A stretch of 64,000 bases of DNA from an uncultured Candidatus Saccharibacteria bacterium (GTDB lineage: Bacteria; Patescibacteriota; Andersenbacteria; UBA10190). The notes under the pieces were generated by a model. That model searched no databases. It was not told where the DNA came from and saw only the letters and a program-made list of their open reading frames with translations. How positions within the stretch are numbered: position 1 is the stretch's first letter; every line of letters starts with the position of its first letter. Position numbers and translations under genes: made by a program. Of the stretch, positions 10,861 through 20,967 are shown piece by piece. The stretch covers positions 163,140-227,139 of the forward strand of contig CAYJKV010000001.1 of assembly GCA_964371255.1 (NCBI GenBank), in the 5' to 3' direction.

Positions 10861-11008
10861 AAAATAAGGGAAAATGCAAAACGACAAGCGCAAAGCAACA
10901 ACGTAAAACCTAAGACTACCAGAGGTTTTTCAAATGACTATAGCGCAGACTGGAAATAATAGATTGTTATATAAAGTCTTTGTATAGTTCTAATTAGCGT
11001 CGAAGAAG

Positions 11009-11037
11009 TTGACAAGTAGGTATAATTAGAGTATGAT
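11009..11037 (+). promoter_or_regulatory. Sigma70-type promoter for the 11272 gene
   Basis: TTGACA (11009-11014), 17-nt spacer, TATGAT (11032-11037). Confidence 0.6.
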
Positions 11038-11107
11038 TTAGCGTTAATTTTGGACAGTACCTTTTATTTCATTGTGGTATTAGCCACAGCCGAGAGCTTT
11101 ATTTTTC

Positions 11108-11136
11108 CCCATGTCCACCTCCGGGGTGGACATGGG
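11108..11136. repeat. REP-like hairpin CCCATGTCCACC-TCCGG-GGTGGACATGGG (copy 1)
   Basis: 12-bp perfect arms; related copy in the opposite orientation at 48664-48692. Confidence 0.75.
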
Positions 11137-11271
11137 AAACATGGTGCGGAGAGATGCGAGATAAAAAGTTCTCTGCTGTGGCTAAGTTATGTGGCTTGTC
11201 TTTACAGCAGTTTTCTGAATCCGCAACGATGTTCATCGGAACAATGTTGCACTGCACAAAGGAGCGGAACT

Positions 11272-11862
11272 ATGGACAATGAGCTGATGCTCGATGTCGG
11301 TCAAGCGAATGAGTTCAAGTTGGCGTGCCGAAGAGCGGGGTATACGAATGGAGATATCAAGCGGATGTGCGAGGGAGACATACTCGAGCGGATTCTGCCG
11401 GTTGTTCGCGGCCAAGCCGAAATGACACAGGTAACACACACTATCGACCTCGATGCCGATCCGCTCATCCCCTACGAAGGATGGAAGGTGGAAGAGCACC
11501 GGAAAGGCGGCCAGTTCACCTGGGATCCTGAAGTGGTCAAACTGTACCTGTTCCCAAACCAAAGGGGCGACAAGAGCATTAGGGGGCATGAACTGCGCAA
11601 GGAGCTGGCAGGCCAGATGGTGTTCAACGCCAACCTGCTGGATTATCTGCTGGACCATCCCCACCTCATCCCGGAAGCGTGGAAGGCAGATGAAAACGGA
11701 GATACCAGCTACATCTACTTTTGGGGAACAGTGTACCAGGACTCCGTCGGTAGCCTCTGTGTCCGGTGCCTGTATTTCAATAGGGGTCGCTGGAAGCAGA
11801 GCTTCGGCTGGCTCGGCCATGATTGGGGTCGTGTTAGGCCGGCTGCTGTCGGGGCAAGTTAG
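11272..11862 (+). CDS. Hypothetical protein, candidate DGR target (variable) protein
   Basis: ATG 11272 has GGAG upstream; C-terminus ...LCVRCLYFNRGRWKQSFGWLGHDWGRVRPAAVGAS resembles C-type-lectin-fold variable regions; codons richer in C-endings than neighbours. Confidence 0.6.
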   Translation: MDNELMLDVGQANEFKLACRRAGYTNGDIKRMCEGDILERILPVVRGQAEMTQVTHTIDLDADPLIPYEGWKVEEHRKGGQFTWDPEVVKLYLFPNQRGDKSIRGHELRKELAGQMVFNANLLDYLLDHPHLIPEAWKADENGDTSYIYFWGTVYQDSVGSLCVRCLYFNRGRWKQSFGWLGHDWGRVRPAAVGAS

Positions 11863-12085
11863 TTCTTTGGACTTGGTATTTTACCCTGGCCTTGGGAAAT
11901 TTGTTCTTAGTCTTTGCGGTAAGCAAGTTTGAGCCTGATGTAATTTGAAAAAATTGCAGCGGGCTCTTTTTTTGTGCGATATTTAATAGCAAGATTCAAA
12001 ACTCCACAGGAAATGTCTTAAGAAAGGTATTTTGTGGGTTTATGGGGCTTTAGTATATAGTGGAGGGGTAGTTATTATTTTACAT

Positions 12086-14533
12086 ATGGATGAATACGAT
12101 TTTAAGATAATTGAAGCTAAGTGGCAGAAACGGTGGGAGGAGGAGAAGCTATTTGCACCGCGGGAGGAAACACCGGGAAGAAAAATGTATGTATTGGATA
12201 TGTTTCCTTATCCATCGGGGGATGGATTGCATGTCGGGCATGTGAAGATTTACACTGCCTCCGATGTGGTATCGCGGTATTTACGGATGAAAGGGATGAA
12301 TGTCTTGCATCCGACCGGGTGGGATGCGTTTGGACTGCCGACGGAAAATACGGCCATTAAGAAGAAAATCCATCCAGCTGTTTTAACCAAACAGAATATT
12401 GAAAGGTTTAAGAAGCAGATGCAGGCTGTGGGATATTCTTATGACTGGGAACGTGAAATAAACACTTCTGATCCGGACTATTATCGATGGACGCAATGGA
12501 TCTTCACTAAATTGTTCGATATGGGTTTAGCTTACGAGGCGACGATACCCATTAACTGGTGTCCGAGCTGTAAGACAGGTTTAGCGAACGAGGAAGTGGA
12601 AGGCGGCGTTTGCGAAAGGTGCAAGACAGCCGTGGTCAAGAAACCCATCAGGCAGTGGATGCTAAAAATTACCAAGTACGCCGACCGGTTATTGCAGGGA
12701 ATAGATGGTTTGGATTGGCCGGAGGCGATTCTGGAAATGCAGCGTAACTGGGTTGGACGAAGTGAAGGGGCTGAAGTGGATTTTAGAGTGGAAGGCAGCG
12801 ATGAAACCATCAAGGTGTTCACGACCAGGCTGGATACGATTCACGGCGCGACATATTTAGTCGTGGCGCCGGAGCATGAATTGGTTATAAAGTTGCTGAG
12901 CGATCAAGGGCAAGGGATTGTGTTGGCCAATAAGGAGGAGGCGCAAGCTTACGTCACGCAGGTAAAGGACCGCAGCGACCGGGACAGGGTGGCGGAAGGG
13001 AAGAAAAAATCCGGAGTGGAACTAAAGGGGGTAACCGTTATTAATCCTGTTAATCACCAGCCAATGCCGGTATGGATAGCAGACTATGTGCTGGGGGGGT
13101 ATGGGACAGGCGCGGTGATGGCGGTGCCGGCTCATGACGAACGGGACTTTTTGTTTGCTAATGAATATAAGCTGCCGATTGTCCAGGTTATACAACCAAA
13201 ATTAGCGCAGAGCGGCGCACAGTTGCCTTATACCAGCGAGGGAATTTTGATTAACGCCGGTGATCAAAGTGGGCTGAAAAGCGAAGCCGCTCGGGAGGTA
13301 TTGGTTAAGGTGCTGCAACTAAAAGGGTTGGGACGGAAAAAGGTCAATTATTTCCTACGGGATTGGGTTTTTTCGAGACAACGCTACTGGGGAGAACCGA
13401 TTCCGATAATCCATTGTGAAGAATGTGGCGCGGTGGCGGTGCCTGAAGATGAGTTACCGGTTAAACTGCCCGAGCTTAAAGAATTTGAGCCAACTGGAAC
13501 CGGTGAGTCGCCCTTGGCTGCGGCTGAGGATTGGATAAAAGTCAAATGTCCAAACTGCCCGCGCATAGGCCGAAGGGAAACGAATACTATGCCCCAATGG
13601 GCGGGATCAAGCTGGTATTGGCTGCGTTATTTGGATCCAAAAAATCAGGCAGCATTGGCCAATCGGGACGAGATGGACAAATGGCTGCCGGTAGACTTAT
13701 ACGTGGGTGGGGCGGAACACGCTGTCTTGCATTTACTCTATGCCAGGTTTTGGAACATGGTGTTATTTGATCAGGGAGTGGTAGCACATGAGGAGCCGTT
13801 CACGCGTTTTAGAACAGTCGGGTTGCTGTTGGGGGAGGATGGACAAAAAATGAGCAAGTCGCGCGGGAATGTGATTAATCCTGACACCGTCATTAGCAGA
13901 GTGGGGGCGGACGCGCTGCGCGTTTACGTGATGTTTATGGGTCCTTTCAGCAATGCCATGCCGTGGAGCGAAGCTAGTTTGAATGGAGTGAATCGATTTT
14001 TACGTCGGGTATGGCAGAGGGTTAACACGCTGCTCGATAAGCTGACGGAAGAAGATACGGGAGAAATGAATTATGTTTTGCACGATACGATCAGGCGTGT
14101 GTCAGAAGGAATTGAGCAATTCAAATTCAATACCGCCGTGGCCGCTTTAATGGAAATGTTAAATAAGTTGGAGACCATACAAACGGTGCCGCGCATTGTC
14201 TTGGAGGACTTTGTGGTCATGCTGGCACCCTTGGCTCCACATTTGGCGGAAGAGTTGTGGGAGAAATTGGGACATCCGGAATCGTTAACATATCGGGCAT
14301 GGCCGAAGTTGAACCAAGCTGTCTTGGCTGATGCCAAAAAACGGATGGCCGTGCAGGTGAATGGCAAGGTGAGAGGCGAAATTGATGCAATGCCTGGTAT
14401 GGCGCAGAGTAAGGCGGAAGAGATGGCACGTTTGGATAAAAATGTGTCGAAGCATTTAGGGGCGGGCGTTGTGAAAAAGGTGATTTATATTGAAGGACGC
14501 ATGCTTAATTTTGTAGTTGAAAACAAAGCATAA
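12086..14533 (+). CDS. leuS: Leucine--tRNA ligase
   Basis: MFPYPSG.GLHVGH (HIGH), editing domain GYGTGAVMAVPAHD, KMSKS. Confidence 0.98.
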   Translation: MDEYDFKIIEAKWQKRWEEEKLFAPREETPGRKMYVLDMFPYPSGDGLHVGHVKIYTASDVVSRYLRMKGMNVLHPTGWDAFGLPTENTAIKKKIHPAVLTKQNIERFKKQMQAVGYSYDWEREINTSDPDYYRWTQWIFTKLFDMGLAYEATIPINWCPSCKTGLANEEVEGGVCERCKTAVVKKPIRQWMLKITKYADRLLQGIDGLDWPEAILEMQRNWVGRSEGAEVDFRVEGSDETIKVFTTRLDTIHGATYLVVAPEHELVIKLLSDQGQGIVLANKEEAQAYVTQVKDRSDRDRVAEGKKKSGVELKGVTVINPVNHQPMPVWIADYVLGGYGTGAVMAVPAHDERDFLFANEYKLPIVQVIQPKLAQSGAQLPYTSEGILINAGDQSGLKSEAAREVLVKVLQLKGLGRKKVNYFLRDWVFSRQRYWGEPIPIIHCEECGAVAVPEDELPVKLPELKEFEPTGTGESPLAAAEDWIKVKCPNCPRIGRRETNTMPQWAGSSWYWLRYLDPKNQAALANRDEMDKWLPVDLYVGGAEHAVLHLLYARFWNMVLFDQGVVAHEEPFTRFRTVGLLLGEDGQKMSKSRGNVINPDTVISRVGADALRVYVMFMGPFSNAMPWSEASLNGVNRFLRRVWQRVNTLLDKLTEEDTGEMNYVLHDTIRRVSEGIEQFKFNTAVAALMEMLNKLETIQTVPRIVLEDFVVMLAPLAPHLAEELWEKLGHPESLTYRAWPKLNQAVLADAKKRMAVQVNGKVRGEIDAMPGMAQSKAEEMARLDKNVSKHLGAGVVKKVIYIEGRMLNFVVENKA

Positions 14534-14596
14534 AATGAAGTAGGTTGGCGGTAAGAGCGGAATGAAAGAGGAGAATGAATGGGGTACACTGGTAAT

Positions 14597-17500
14597 ATGT
14601 CCGTGCATAAAGCGAGGATGAAAATTAAATACGGTCCACGGGCCGGATATCTTTGGTCATCATTACGATGGAGTGCGACTGTAATACTGTTTTGTTTATT
14701 GCTGGTGGGCGGGTTTCGCTATTTAACGACTAGCCGACAGGCCGGTGCATTAGATTTCACCACTCATTTGTTGAGTGGTGACACAACAGCCGTAGGTGTT
14801 TTGAGTGTCGAGGCGACCGATATTGATGATGACGGTGATATTGACGTTATCACGTGCGGCAAAGACGGTTTAAAAGTTTATACCCAGTCTACCGGCGTGA
14901 CGTTCGGAGCCAAGCTGATAGACGACAAAGCTTGTGAACGGGTGGTGGTGGCAGACCTGGATAAAGATGGGGCCAGCGATTTATTGTTGACGATGTGGGG
15001 AACGCAGCCGAGCGTGCGATGGTACCGTAACACGGGTAACGTGGAATTCTCCGGCACGAATATCGGGACGGGATCGGATGGCAAGGCAGCGGTGGGAGAC
15101 GTGGATGGTGATGGGGCGCTGGATGTCGTGGCGGCCACTACGCAAGGGTCGTTGGTGGTATTGGAACGATGGATGAACAATGGCAGCGGCACTTTCACGT
15201 CAACGCAATTGTCGGCAGACAGCGGGGTGCAAGCGATAGCTATTGGTGACGTAGACGGCAATGGTTTTCGGGATATTGTGACTAGCGGGTCACAGGGTCT
15301 GCAGCGCTGGCACACGTCTGATGGGTTAACATTCTCGCGGATAGACTTGGATGACGCGCATACCGGCCAAAGGCATTTGGCGATCGCGGATATGAATAAT
15401 GACAATAAGACTGATATCATAGCCGCGGAACCGGGCGGTAACCAAGTAATATATTATCGGAACATAGATGAGTGGGCATTCCAGCGGATTGATATTGGTT
15501 CGGACATTGATGCTGCGACGGTGCAGGCAGTTGATTTAGACGAAGATGGTGATGGTGATGTTTTGGTAGCGGCTCAGGATGACAACCAAATTGCTTGGCT
15601 GGAAAATGATGGCAGCGATTCATTCACTAAACGGACGATTGCCGAGGGGTTACAAAGCATTTTCGGCGTGAAAGCGATTGACCTGGATAATGATAATGAT
15701 TTAGACGTAATCGGCGGTAATCACATGCGGGGCACTGTGTACTGGTATGAACGAGTGGTGGCGAAGCCGGTAGCCAGTAAACCAGCTAATATCGAACAGA
15801 GTACTGACGGTAAAGGTATTATTACTTTTTCAACCGCTATCTCAGACGGGGACTTTGATGCGACACGAATACGTGTGCAATATTCGATTGATGGCGTGAA
15901 TTGGTATAAGCCATGGTTAACCGCTGCCTCGCCGTCCGCCGGAACGGTGAATTTAAAAAACAGCCACGGTTATCAGGTTGGGACAACTAATGCGATTGAT
16001 ACAAATAGCAATAGCTCGGTTACGATCACCATGAAATGGGACACTAAGTCGGCGGAAAACACCGGCGGGCCAATTAGCGGCGAGCAATCAGCTGTCCGCC
16101 TGAGAATTATTCCGCGTGATGGGGTAGGGAATGGGGCAACAAGCGACAGCGATGTTTTTGAAATAGATAACCGGGGGCCATCAGCTTCGGGGGTGACGGT
16201 AGAACAACTAAGCAGCGACTCTGTGTATTTGGACTGGGGAAAGGTGGCAGACAGTAGCGGGGTGAGTTTCCAAGTCTATTACGGAACAGATGCCGCCAAG
16301 GTGCTAACTAAAGACTCGGATATCTGGGATACCAGTGACGATGAAGCAATGAGCGACCTGGATAGTACGGGGACAACGGTTACGGGCTTAGTAGCAAATA
16401 CACTGTATACCTTTAAGCTGGTTATGGAGGATGCCTTTGGGAACGAGACTAGCCTGGGCAGCGTCAGTGGTCGGACGACTGCCGACGGGAGCGATGCCGT
16501 GATAGAAACTCCGAGTATATCGCCCGTCATTACCACAATTGTTGTGCCGTCCGCAATACCGATGCCGGAAGCTTCACCTTTACCGAGCAGCGAACCAAGC
16601 GTGGAGCCGTCGCCGGAGGCAACCGTGGTGGCCTCACCGACACCGGAAACGGAAGGGGAAAACTTGCCGCCGAGAGCGGAGGCGGGTAAGGATTTGGTGG
16701 TGAATAGCGGTCAGTTGGTAATTTTAGACGGCACAGGATCCAGGGATCCGGAAGGCGCTTCGTTGGTGTATAGTTGGCGCCAAGTAGTCGGCAAGCCGGT
16801 CAGTTTGTCATCAAGCAATACGGCAACCCCGTCCTTTACAGCAGAACATGAGGACGATTCGTATGTCTTCGCCTTGACCGTTCGGGACATTGGCGGACGA
16901 GTAGCCACCGACACGGTCACGGTTGTTACCAGACCGCCATTGGCGCCTATTACCAAACAACAAAATTTGTCGCCCGAGGAGCAAATGATCGACGTCCCAT
17001 TTATTGTGAGCGGGTTATTGGCACCGGCAAACTATGCCCTGTTATTACTATCTTTTTTTGTGACCGGTGTAGGGGGGCATGGACGAGTTCCCGACCTTTT
17101 CATGCTGAAAATAAAACAAGTAATGAATCAGAGAAAAAAAACGAAAGGACGGCGCGGCGGGCATGTTATAAGGGTTGTGGATGCGCAAACCGGGCGCAGA
17201 TTGGCTGGTATAAAGTTAGTGGTGAAAGGGATGGATGACAAAATATGGAGTAAGGCGATCACAACAGAACAAGGAGAAGCGGCAATGCAGCTACCGGTCG
17301 GTCAGTATCGGGTGCAGTTAAAAGAGGATGTTTATTCATTTACTCCGGCGGGATCAAAAATCCCGGTGCAGCCTGGGGAAGTGGTTTACGCGGGCGGTAA
17401 TTTGCAAGTGAAGCGGCAGGATGAACCGATGACAATTCTGGTACCGTTGAAGCGAGCAGGCGGAGAAATTAAGTCCTGGCGAATGTCAATTCTAAAGAGT

Positions 17501-17968
17501 TGGCAATTTGTGCAACGACGAAGCCACCTATTAGCATGGCCGGTATATATAGCTGGGTCAGGCTTGAATACAATATTGTTATTGTGGGTGCCACAGCTGC
17601 AATGCCTGATTATTGAAATTATTTATATCGTACTAGTGTTGATAAAAGTTTGGATGGAAGTGAGACAAACCCCATCTTATGGAGTGGTGCGGGACGCGAT
17701 CTCTAGGGTGCCACTTGATCTGGCAGTAGTACGTCTGTATGAAGAGAAATCAAACAAATTGGTGTTAACCAGGGCAACCAATGGACAAGGAAAATTTTTC
17801 GCCTTACCTCCCTCCGGTCTATATACAGTGACGGTGACGAAGCCCGGTTATGCCACCTTCACTAAACATGGGGTGGCGGTAGGCCGGGAACAAAATACCG
17901 CTATGCAGATTCAAACTGATTTGATGCCGGTTGTGCCGAAGGTCAGACCAATGATGGCGATGGGATAG
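14597..17968 (+). CDS. Large multidomain surface protein: FG-GAP/VCBS repeats, FN3, Pro/Ser linker, PKD-like domain, TM segments, carboxypeptidase-regulatory-like domains
   Basis: Repeated DxDxDGDxD Ca-binding motifs; VTGLVANTLYTFKL (FN3); NLPPRAEAG...LDGTGS.DPEG..L.YSWRQ (PKD-like); C-terminal G.VRD...PL.LAVVRL...TNGQGKF...Y.VTVTKPGY. Start placed after TACACT+6 nt. Confidence 0.8.
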   Translation: MSVHKARMKIKYGPRAGYLWSSLRWSATVILFCLLLVGGFRYLTTSRQAGALDFTTHLLSGDTTAVGVLSVEATDIDDDGDIDVITCGKDGLKVYTQSTGVTFGAKLIDDKACERVVVADLDKDGASDLLLTMWGTQPSVRWYRNTGNVEFSGTNIGTGSDGKAAVGDVDGDGALDVVAATTQGSLVVLERWMNNGSGTFTSTQLSADSGVQAIAIGDVDGNGFRDIVTSGSQGLQRWHTSDGLTFSRIDLDDAHTGQRHLAIADMNNDNKTDIIAAEPGGNQVIYYRNIDEWAFQRIDIGSDIDAATVQAVDLDEDGDGDVLVAAQDDNQIAWLENDGSDSFTKRTIAEGLQSIFGVKAIDLDNDNDLDVIGGNHMRGTVYWYERVVAKPVASKPANIEQSTDGKGIITFSTAISDGDFDATRIRVQYSIDGVNWYKPWLTAASPSAGTVNLKNSHGYQVGTTNAIDTNSNSSVTITMKWDTKSAENTGGPISGEQSAVRLRIIPRDGVGNGATSDSDVFEIDNRGPSASGVTVEQLSSDSVYLDWGKVADSSGVSFQVYYGTDAAKVLTKDSDIWDTSDDEAMSDLDSTGTTVTGLVANTLYTFKLVMEDAFGNETSLGSVSGRTTADGSDAVIETPSISPVITTIVVPSAIPMPEASPLPSSEPSVEPSPEATVVASPTPETEGENLPPRAEAGKDLVVNSGQLVILDGTGSRDPEGASLVYSWRQVVGKPVSLSSSNTATPSFTAEHEDDSYVFALTVRDIGGRVATDTVTVVTRPPLAPITKQQNLSPEEQMIDVPFIVSGLLAPANYALLLLSFFVTGVGGHGRVPDLFMLKIKQVMNQRKKTKGRRGGHVIRVVDAQTGRRLAGIKLVVKGMDDKIWSKAITTEQGEAAMQLPVGQYRVQLKEDVYSFTPAGSKIPVQPGEVVYAGGNLQVKRQDEPMTILVPLKRAGGEIKSWRMSILKSWQFVQRRSHLLAWPVYIAGSGLNTILLLWVPQLQCLIIEIIYIVLVLIKVWMEVRQTPSYGVVRDAISRVPLDLAVVRLYEEKSNKLVLTRATNGQGKFFALPPSGLYTVTVTKPGYATFTKHGVAVGREQNTAMQIQTDLMPVVPKVRPMMAMG

Positions 17969-17977
17969 ATAGGTTAG

Positions 17978-18084
17978 AAATCCCAATGACCAAGCTCCAA
18001 TGACCAAATAAACTTCAATCCCCAAGGCCTCAATAAATCCTAAAACCGAAATCACAAATCTGAAATAAATAAAAAATTCTAAAC
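17978..18084 (+). repeat. Degenerate short-period repeat tract (CCAATGA / AAATCC)
   Basis: aaatcccaatgaccaagctccaatgaccaaa...aaatcctaaaaccgaaatcacaaatctgaaa. Confidence 0.6.
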
Positions 18085-18171
18085 AGGTAGAATTATAAAA
18101 AGTAGCTGCTGGGTTGCTAAAGTGTGTAAAAATGTTAAAAAGAAAATAGTTATCATTAAGAATATTTGTTT

Positions 18172-18879
18172 ATGAAAGCAGTTGTTTTAGTGGCGGGAAA
18201 AGGGACGAGGATGGCTAAGCATTATGAAGGGCCGAAGCATTTACTGCCGGTCGCCGGTAAGACGGTAGTGGAGTATGCGCTGGACAATCTACCAAAGGAA
18301 ATTGACGGTTTAGTGATGGTGGTAGGCGGGCCGCATGAAGCGAAGATTAGGGAATTTTTCGCGGCAGGTGAGTACGGGGGCAGGCCGATTGAGTTTGTGG
18401 TGCAGAAAGAGCAACTGGGGCTGGCGCATGCGTTCAAGTGCGCCGCAGATTTGGTGGAAGGCCGATGGCTGGGCATGGTCGGTGATGACATTTTTGGTCC
18501 CAACGGGATGCAAGGTTTGGTTGAGAATGAGTTATCAGTGTTGGCATCGCGAGTAGAGCATCCGGAAAACTTTGGCGTATTGGTATCGGATGAAGAGGGT
18601 TATTTGGTGCGATCGGTAGAGAAGCCGAAAGAATTTATTTCCGATCTAGTATGGAATGGAGCGATGGTTATGGACAGATCTTTTTTTGAAAGTGACGTTG
18701 AACCATCGGCGAGGGGTGAGTATGAGACGCCGGATGTATGGATGGAATTAATTAAACAGGGGAGGAAAATTAAAGTGGTGGAAGCAGATTTTTGGTTGCC
18801 GATAAACGATAAGGAACAGTTAGAAGAAGCGGAGAAAATAATAGAGGAAATCCGAAAGCCGAAACCAAAGAAATCCTAA
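18172..18879 (+). CDS. Sugar-phosphate nucleotidyltransferase (NTP_transferase family)
   Basis: MKAVVLVAGKGTRM...PKHLLPVAGK, QLGLAHA, VEKP, SARGEYE. Confidence 0.9.
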   Translation: MKAVVLVAGKGTRMAKHYEGPKHLLPVAGKTVVEYALDNLPKEIDGLVMVVGGPHEAKIREFFAAGEYGGRPIEFVVQKEQLGLAHAFKCAADLVEGRWLGMVGDDIFGPNGMQGLVENELSVLASRVEHPENFGVLVSDEEGYLVRSVEKPKEFISDLVWNGAMVMDRSFFESDVEPSARGEYETPDVWMELIKQGRKIKVVEADFWLPINDKEQLEEAEKIIEEIRKPKPKKS

Positions 18880-18975
18880 ACAAATATGAAACCGTAAAAG
18901 TCCAAGGAAAAAAATATAAACGATAAATCAGTGTCAACACGATTAAAAATATCAAAAACCTAAAAAGTGGATATC

Positions 18976-19088
18976 ATACCAACCGAACTTGATGTCTGCT
19001 ATGCCAGTGACGGCCAAACCCCCTCAATCCCCCTTATCAGGGGGAAGAACGACAGTGGAATATAGCAGGAATTAACTTCGGTTGGTAT
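18976..19088. repeat. MITE-like long inverted repeat enclosing a REP-like hairpin
   Basis: ATACCAACCGAA (18976-18987) / TTCGGTTGGTAT (19077-19088), inner CTGCTAT/ATAGCAG and CCCCCT-TATC-AGGGGG; lies between convergent genes. Confidence 0.55.
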
Positions 19089-19229
19089 CATAACCAAAAG
19101 GAAGGAAAATAGAAAAAACTAGTCTTGGCCGACTGAGTGATAAACCCCACTGCGTCCGCTTCATCAGCGGACTACGCGAGGCGAGTGTTCATGACGACAC
19201 AGTGTGTGCTTTTGCTGTTCTGGGCAATA

Positions 19230-20570
19230 TTAGCCTCGACCGACGGAATGATATACAAATCCTTTGGTGGCCATGTCGGCGGGATCGAACATGTTGCGGC
19301 CGTCGATGATAATTGGATTTTTTAGAAGTGAAGACACTTTTTCCCAGTTAGGAGTTTTGAATTCGTCCCAATCGGTGAGAATTATCAAAGCATCGGCGTC
19401 TTTAAGAGGCTCATACATGTCCTTGCAATAAAGTAACTGATGACCCAGTTCAACTTTCGCAGTAGCGGTTGCTTCAGGGTCATAGGCATGGACGGAGGCG
19501 CCGTCGTTGTGAAGGTGTTCAATGATGGGCACGGAAGGGGCATTCCGCATGTCGTCGGTATTTGGTTTAAAAGCTAACCCCCAGACTGCGATTTTTTTAC
19601 CTTTAATGACCCAGAGAGCCTGCTCAATTTTTTGCAGGAACAAGGTACGGGCTTGTTTGTTAATCTTTTCCACCTCTTCCAATAAACCAAACTTGTAACC
19701 CAACTCCTCCGCGATCGTTATGAAGGCCGAGACGTCTTTGGGGAAGCAGGAGCCGCCATAGCCAATGCCGGCGTTTAGGAAGTGGGTATTAATGCGCGAA
19801 TCCATACCCATGCCTTGGGCGACGCGATCAATGTTGGCGCCAGAGAGCTCACAGATGCGGGCGACGGCATTGGCAAAGGAGATTTTCAACGCTAGAAAGG
19901 AGTTGCTGGCGTGTTTAATGAGTTCGGCGCTCTTGACGTCGGTGACGATAAATGGAGCGTCAATCGGGGCATATATTTCCCGCATAATTTTTTCTGCGCG
20001 CTGGTTGGATACACCGACCACTATGCGGTCTGGTTCGAGAAAATCTTTAATAGCTGATCCTTCGCGAAGGAATTCGGGATTGCTCACGATATCAAAATCA
20101 ATCTTTGCTCCTTGATGGTGGAGACCGCGCTTGGTATATTGCGCGATTGTTTGAGCTACCCTTTCACCGGTTTGCACTGGAACGGTGCTTTTGTCGACGA
20201 CAACTTTATAGCTAGTGGCTACTTCGGCAATTTCGCGAGCGGCGGCCGCGACATAAGATAAGTCAGCTTTCCCTGATGGCAGAGGCGGTGTGTTGACGGC
20301 TATAAAGATGACGTCGGAATCGTTTACGGCGTCTTTGAGACTGGAAGTGAAGGATAGGCGTTTGGCTTTGACATTTTTTGCGACTAACTTGTCCAAGCCG
20401 GGCTCATAGATAGGCATAACACCTTTTTTCAACTTGGCGATCTTCTCTTTGTTATTGTCGACAAGAATGACTTGGTGACCTATCTCGGACAAGGCAGTAC
20501 CAGAAACCAAACCAACATAACCGGCGCCGATGAATGACAAACGATGTTTTTTAAACTTAGTTTTGGGCAT
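19230..20570 (-). CDS. ugd: UDP-glucose 6-dehydrogenase
   Basis: IGAGYVGL, KSTVPV, SNPEFLREG, GYGGSCFPKD, WGLAFKPNTDDMR. Confidence 0.96.
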   Translation of the reverse strand: MPKTKFKKHRLSFIGAGYVGLVSGTALSEIGHQVILVDNNKEKIAKLKKGVMPIYEPGLDKLVAKNVKAKRLSFTSSLKDAVNDSDVIFIAVNTPPLPSGKADLSYVAAAAREIAEVATSYKVVVDKSTVPVQTGERVAQTIAQYTKRGLHHQGAKIDFDIVSNPEFLREGSAIKDFLEPDRIVVGVSNQRAEKIMREIYAPIDAPFIVTDVKSAELIKHASNSFLALKISFANAVARICELSGANIDRVAQGMGMDSRINTHFLNAGIGYGGSCFPKDVSAFITIAEELGYKFGLLEEVEKINKQARTLFLQKIEQALWVIKGKKIAVWGLAFKPNTDDMRNAPSVPIIEHLHNDGASVHAYDPEATATAKVELGHQLLYCKDMYEPLKDADALIILTDWDEFKTPNWEKVSSLLKNPIIIDGRNMFDPADMATKGFVYHSVGRG

Positions 20571-20736
20571 AAGAGGTTAAAGATTAATAAAAGATGTTTT
20601 TATTCTGTTGGTAAGAAGTGAGCTAATATGGCTGATTGAGGCCTTTGAGGACTGAGACTGTAGATCTAGAGGAGATTGATTTATCGATATGCGTCAAAGT
20701 TAGCAGATGTCGAGGGAGGGAGCAAGAGGGGAGGTA

Positions 20737-20880
20737 AATACGAAATCCTAAATCATAAACTACGGAAATCCTAACTGACTTGATTAAATGACCAATGACC
20801 AATTCCCAATGTCCAATCAATCCGCCAGTTGGCGGACCAAACCCTAATGACCAAGAAGTTAGAAATCCGAAATCCTAAAC
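20737..20880 (+). repeat. Short-period repeat tract with embedded TCCGCC-AGTT-GGCGGA hairpin
   Basis: aaatacgaaatcctaaa...aatgaccaatgaccaattcccaatgtccaatcaa-TCCGCCAGTTGGCGGA(20821-20836)-ccaaaccctaatgaccaa...aaatccgaaatcctaaac. Confidence 0.7.
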
Positions 20881-20967
20881 ACAGACTAATTTTTGAGTCT
20901 TAAACTGTGACTGTTCGCTTTTTTAAAAATATGGGAGCCGGAGCGGCGGGGTGTTATACTGCAGCAC

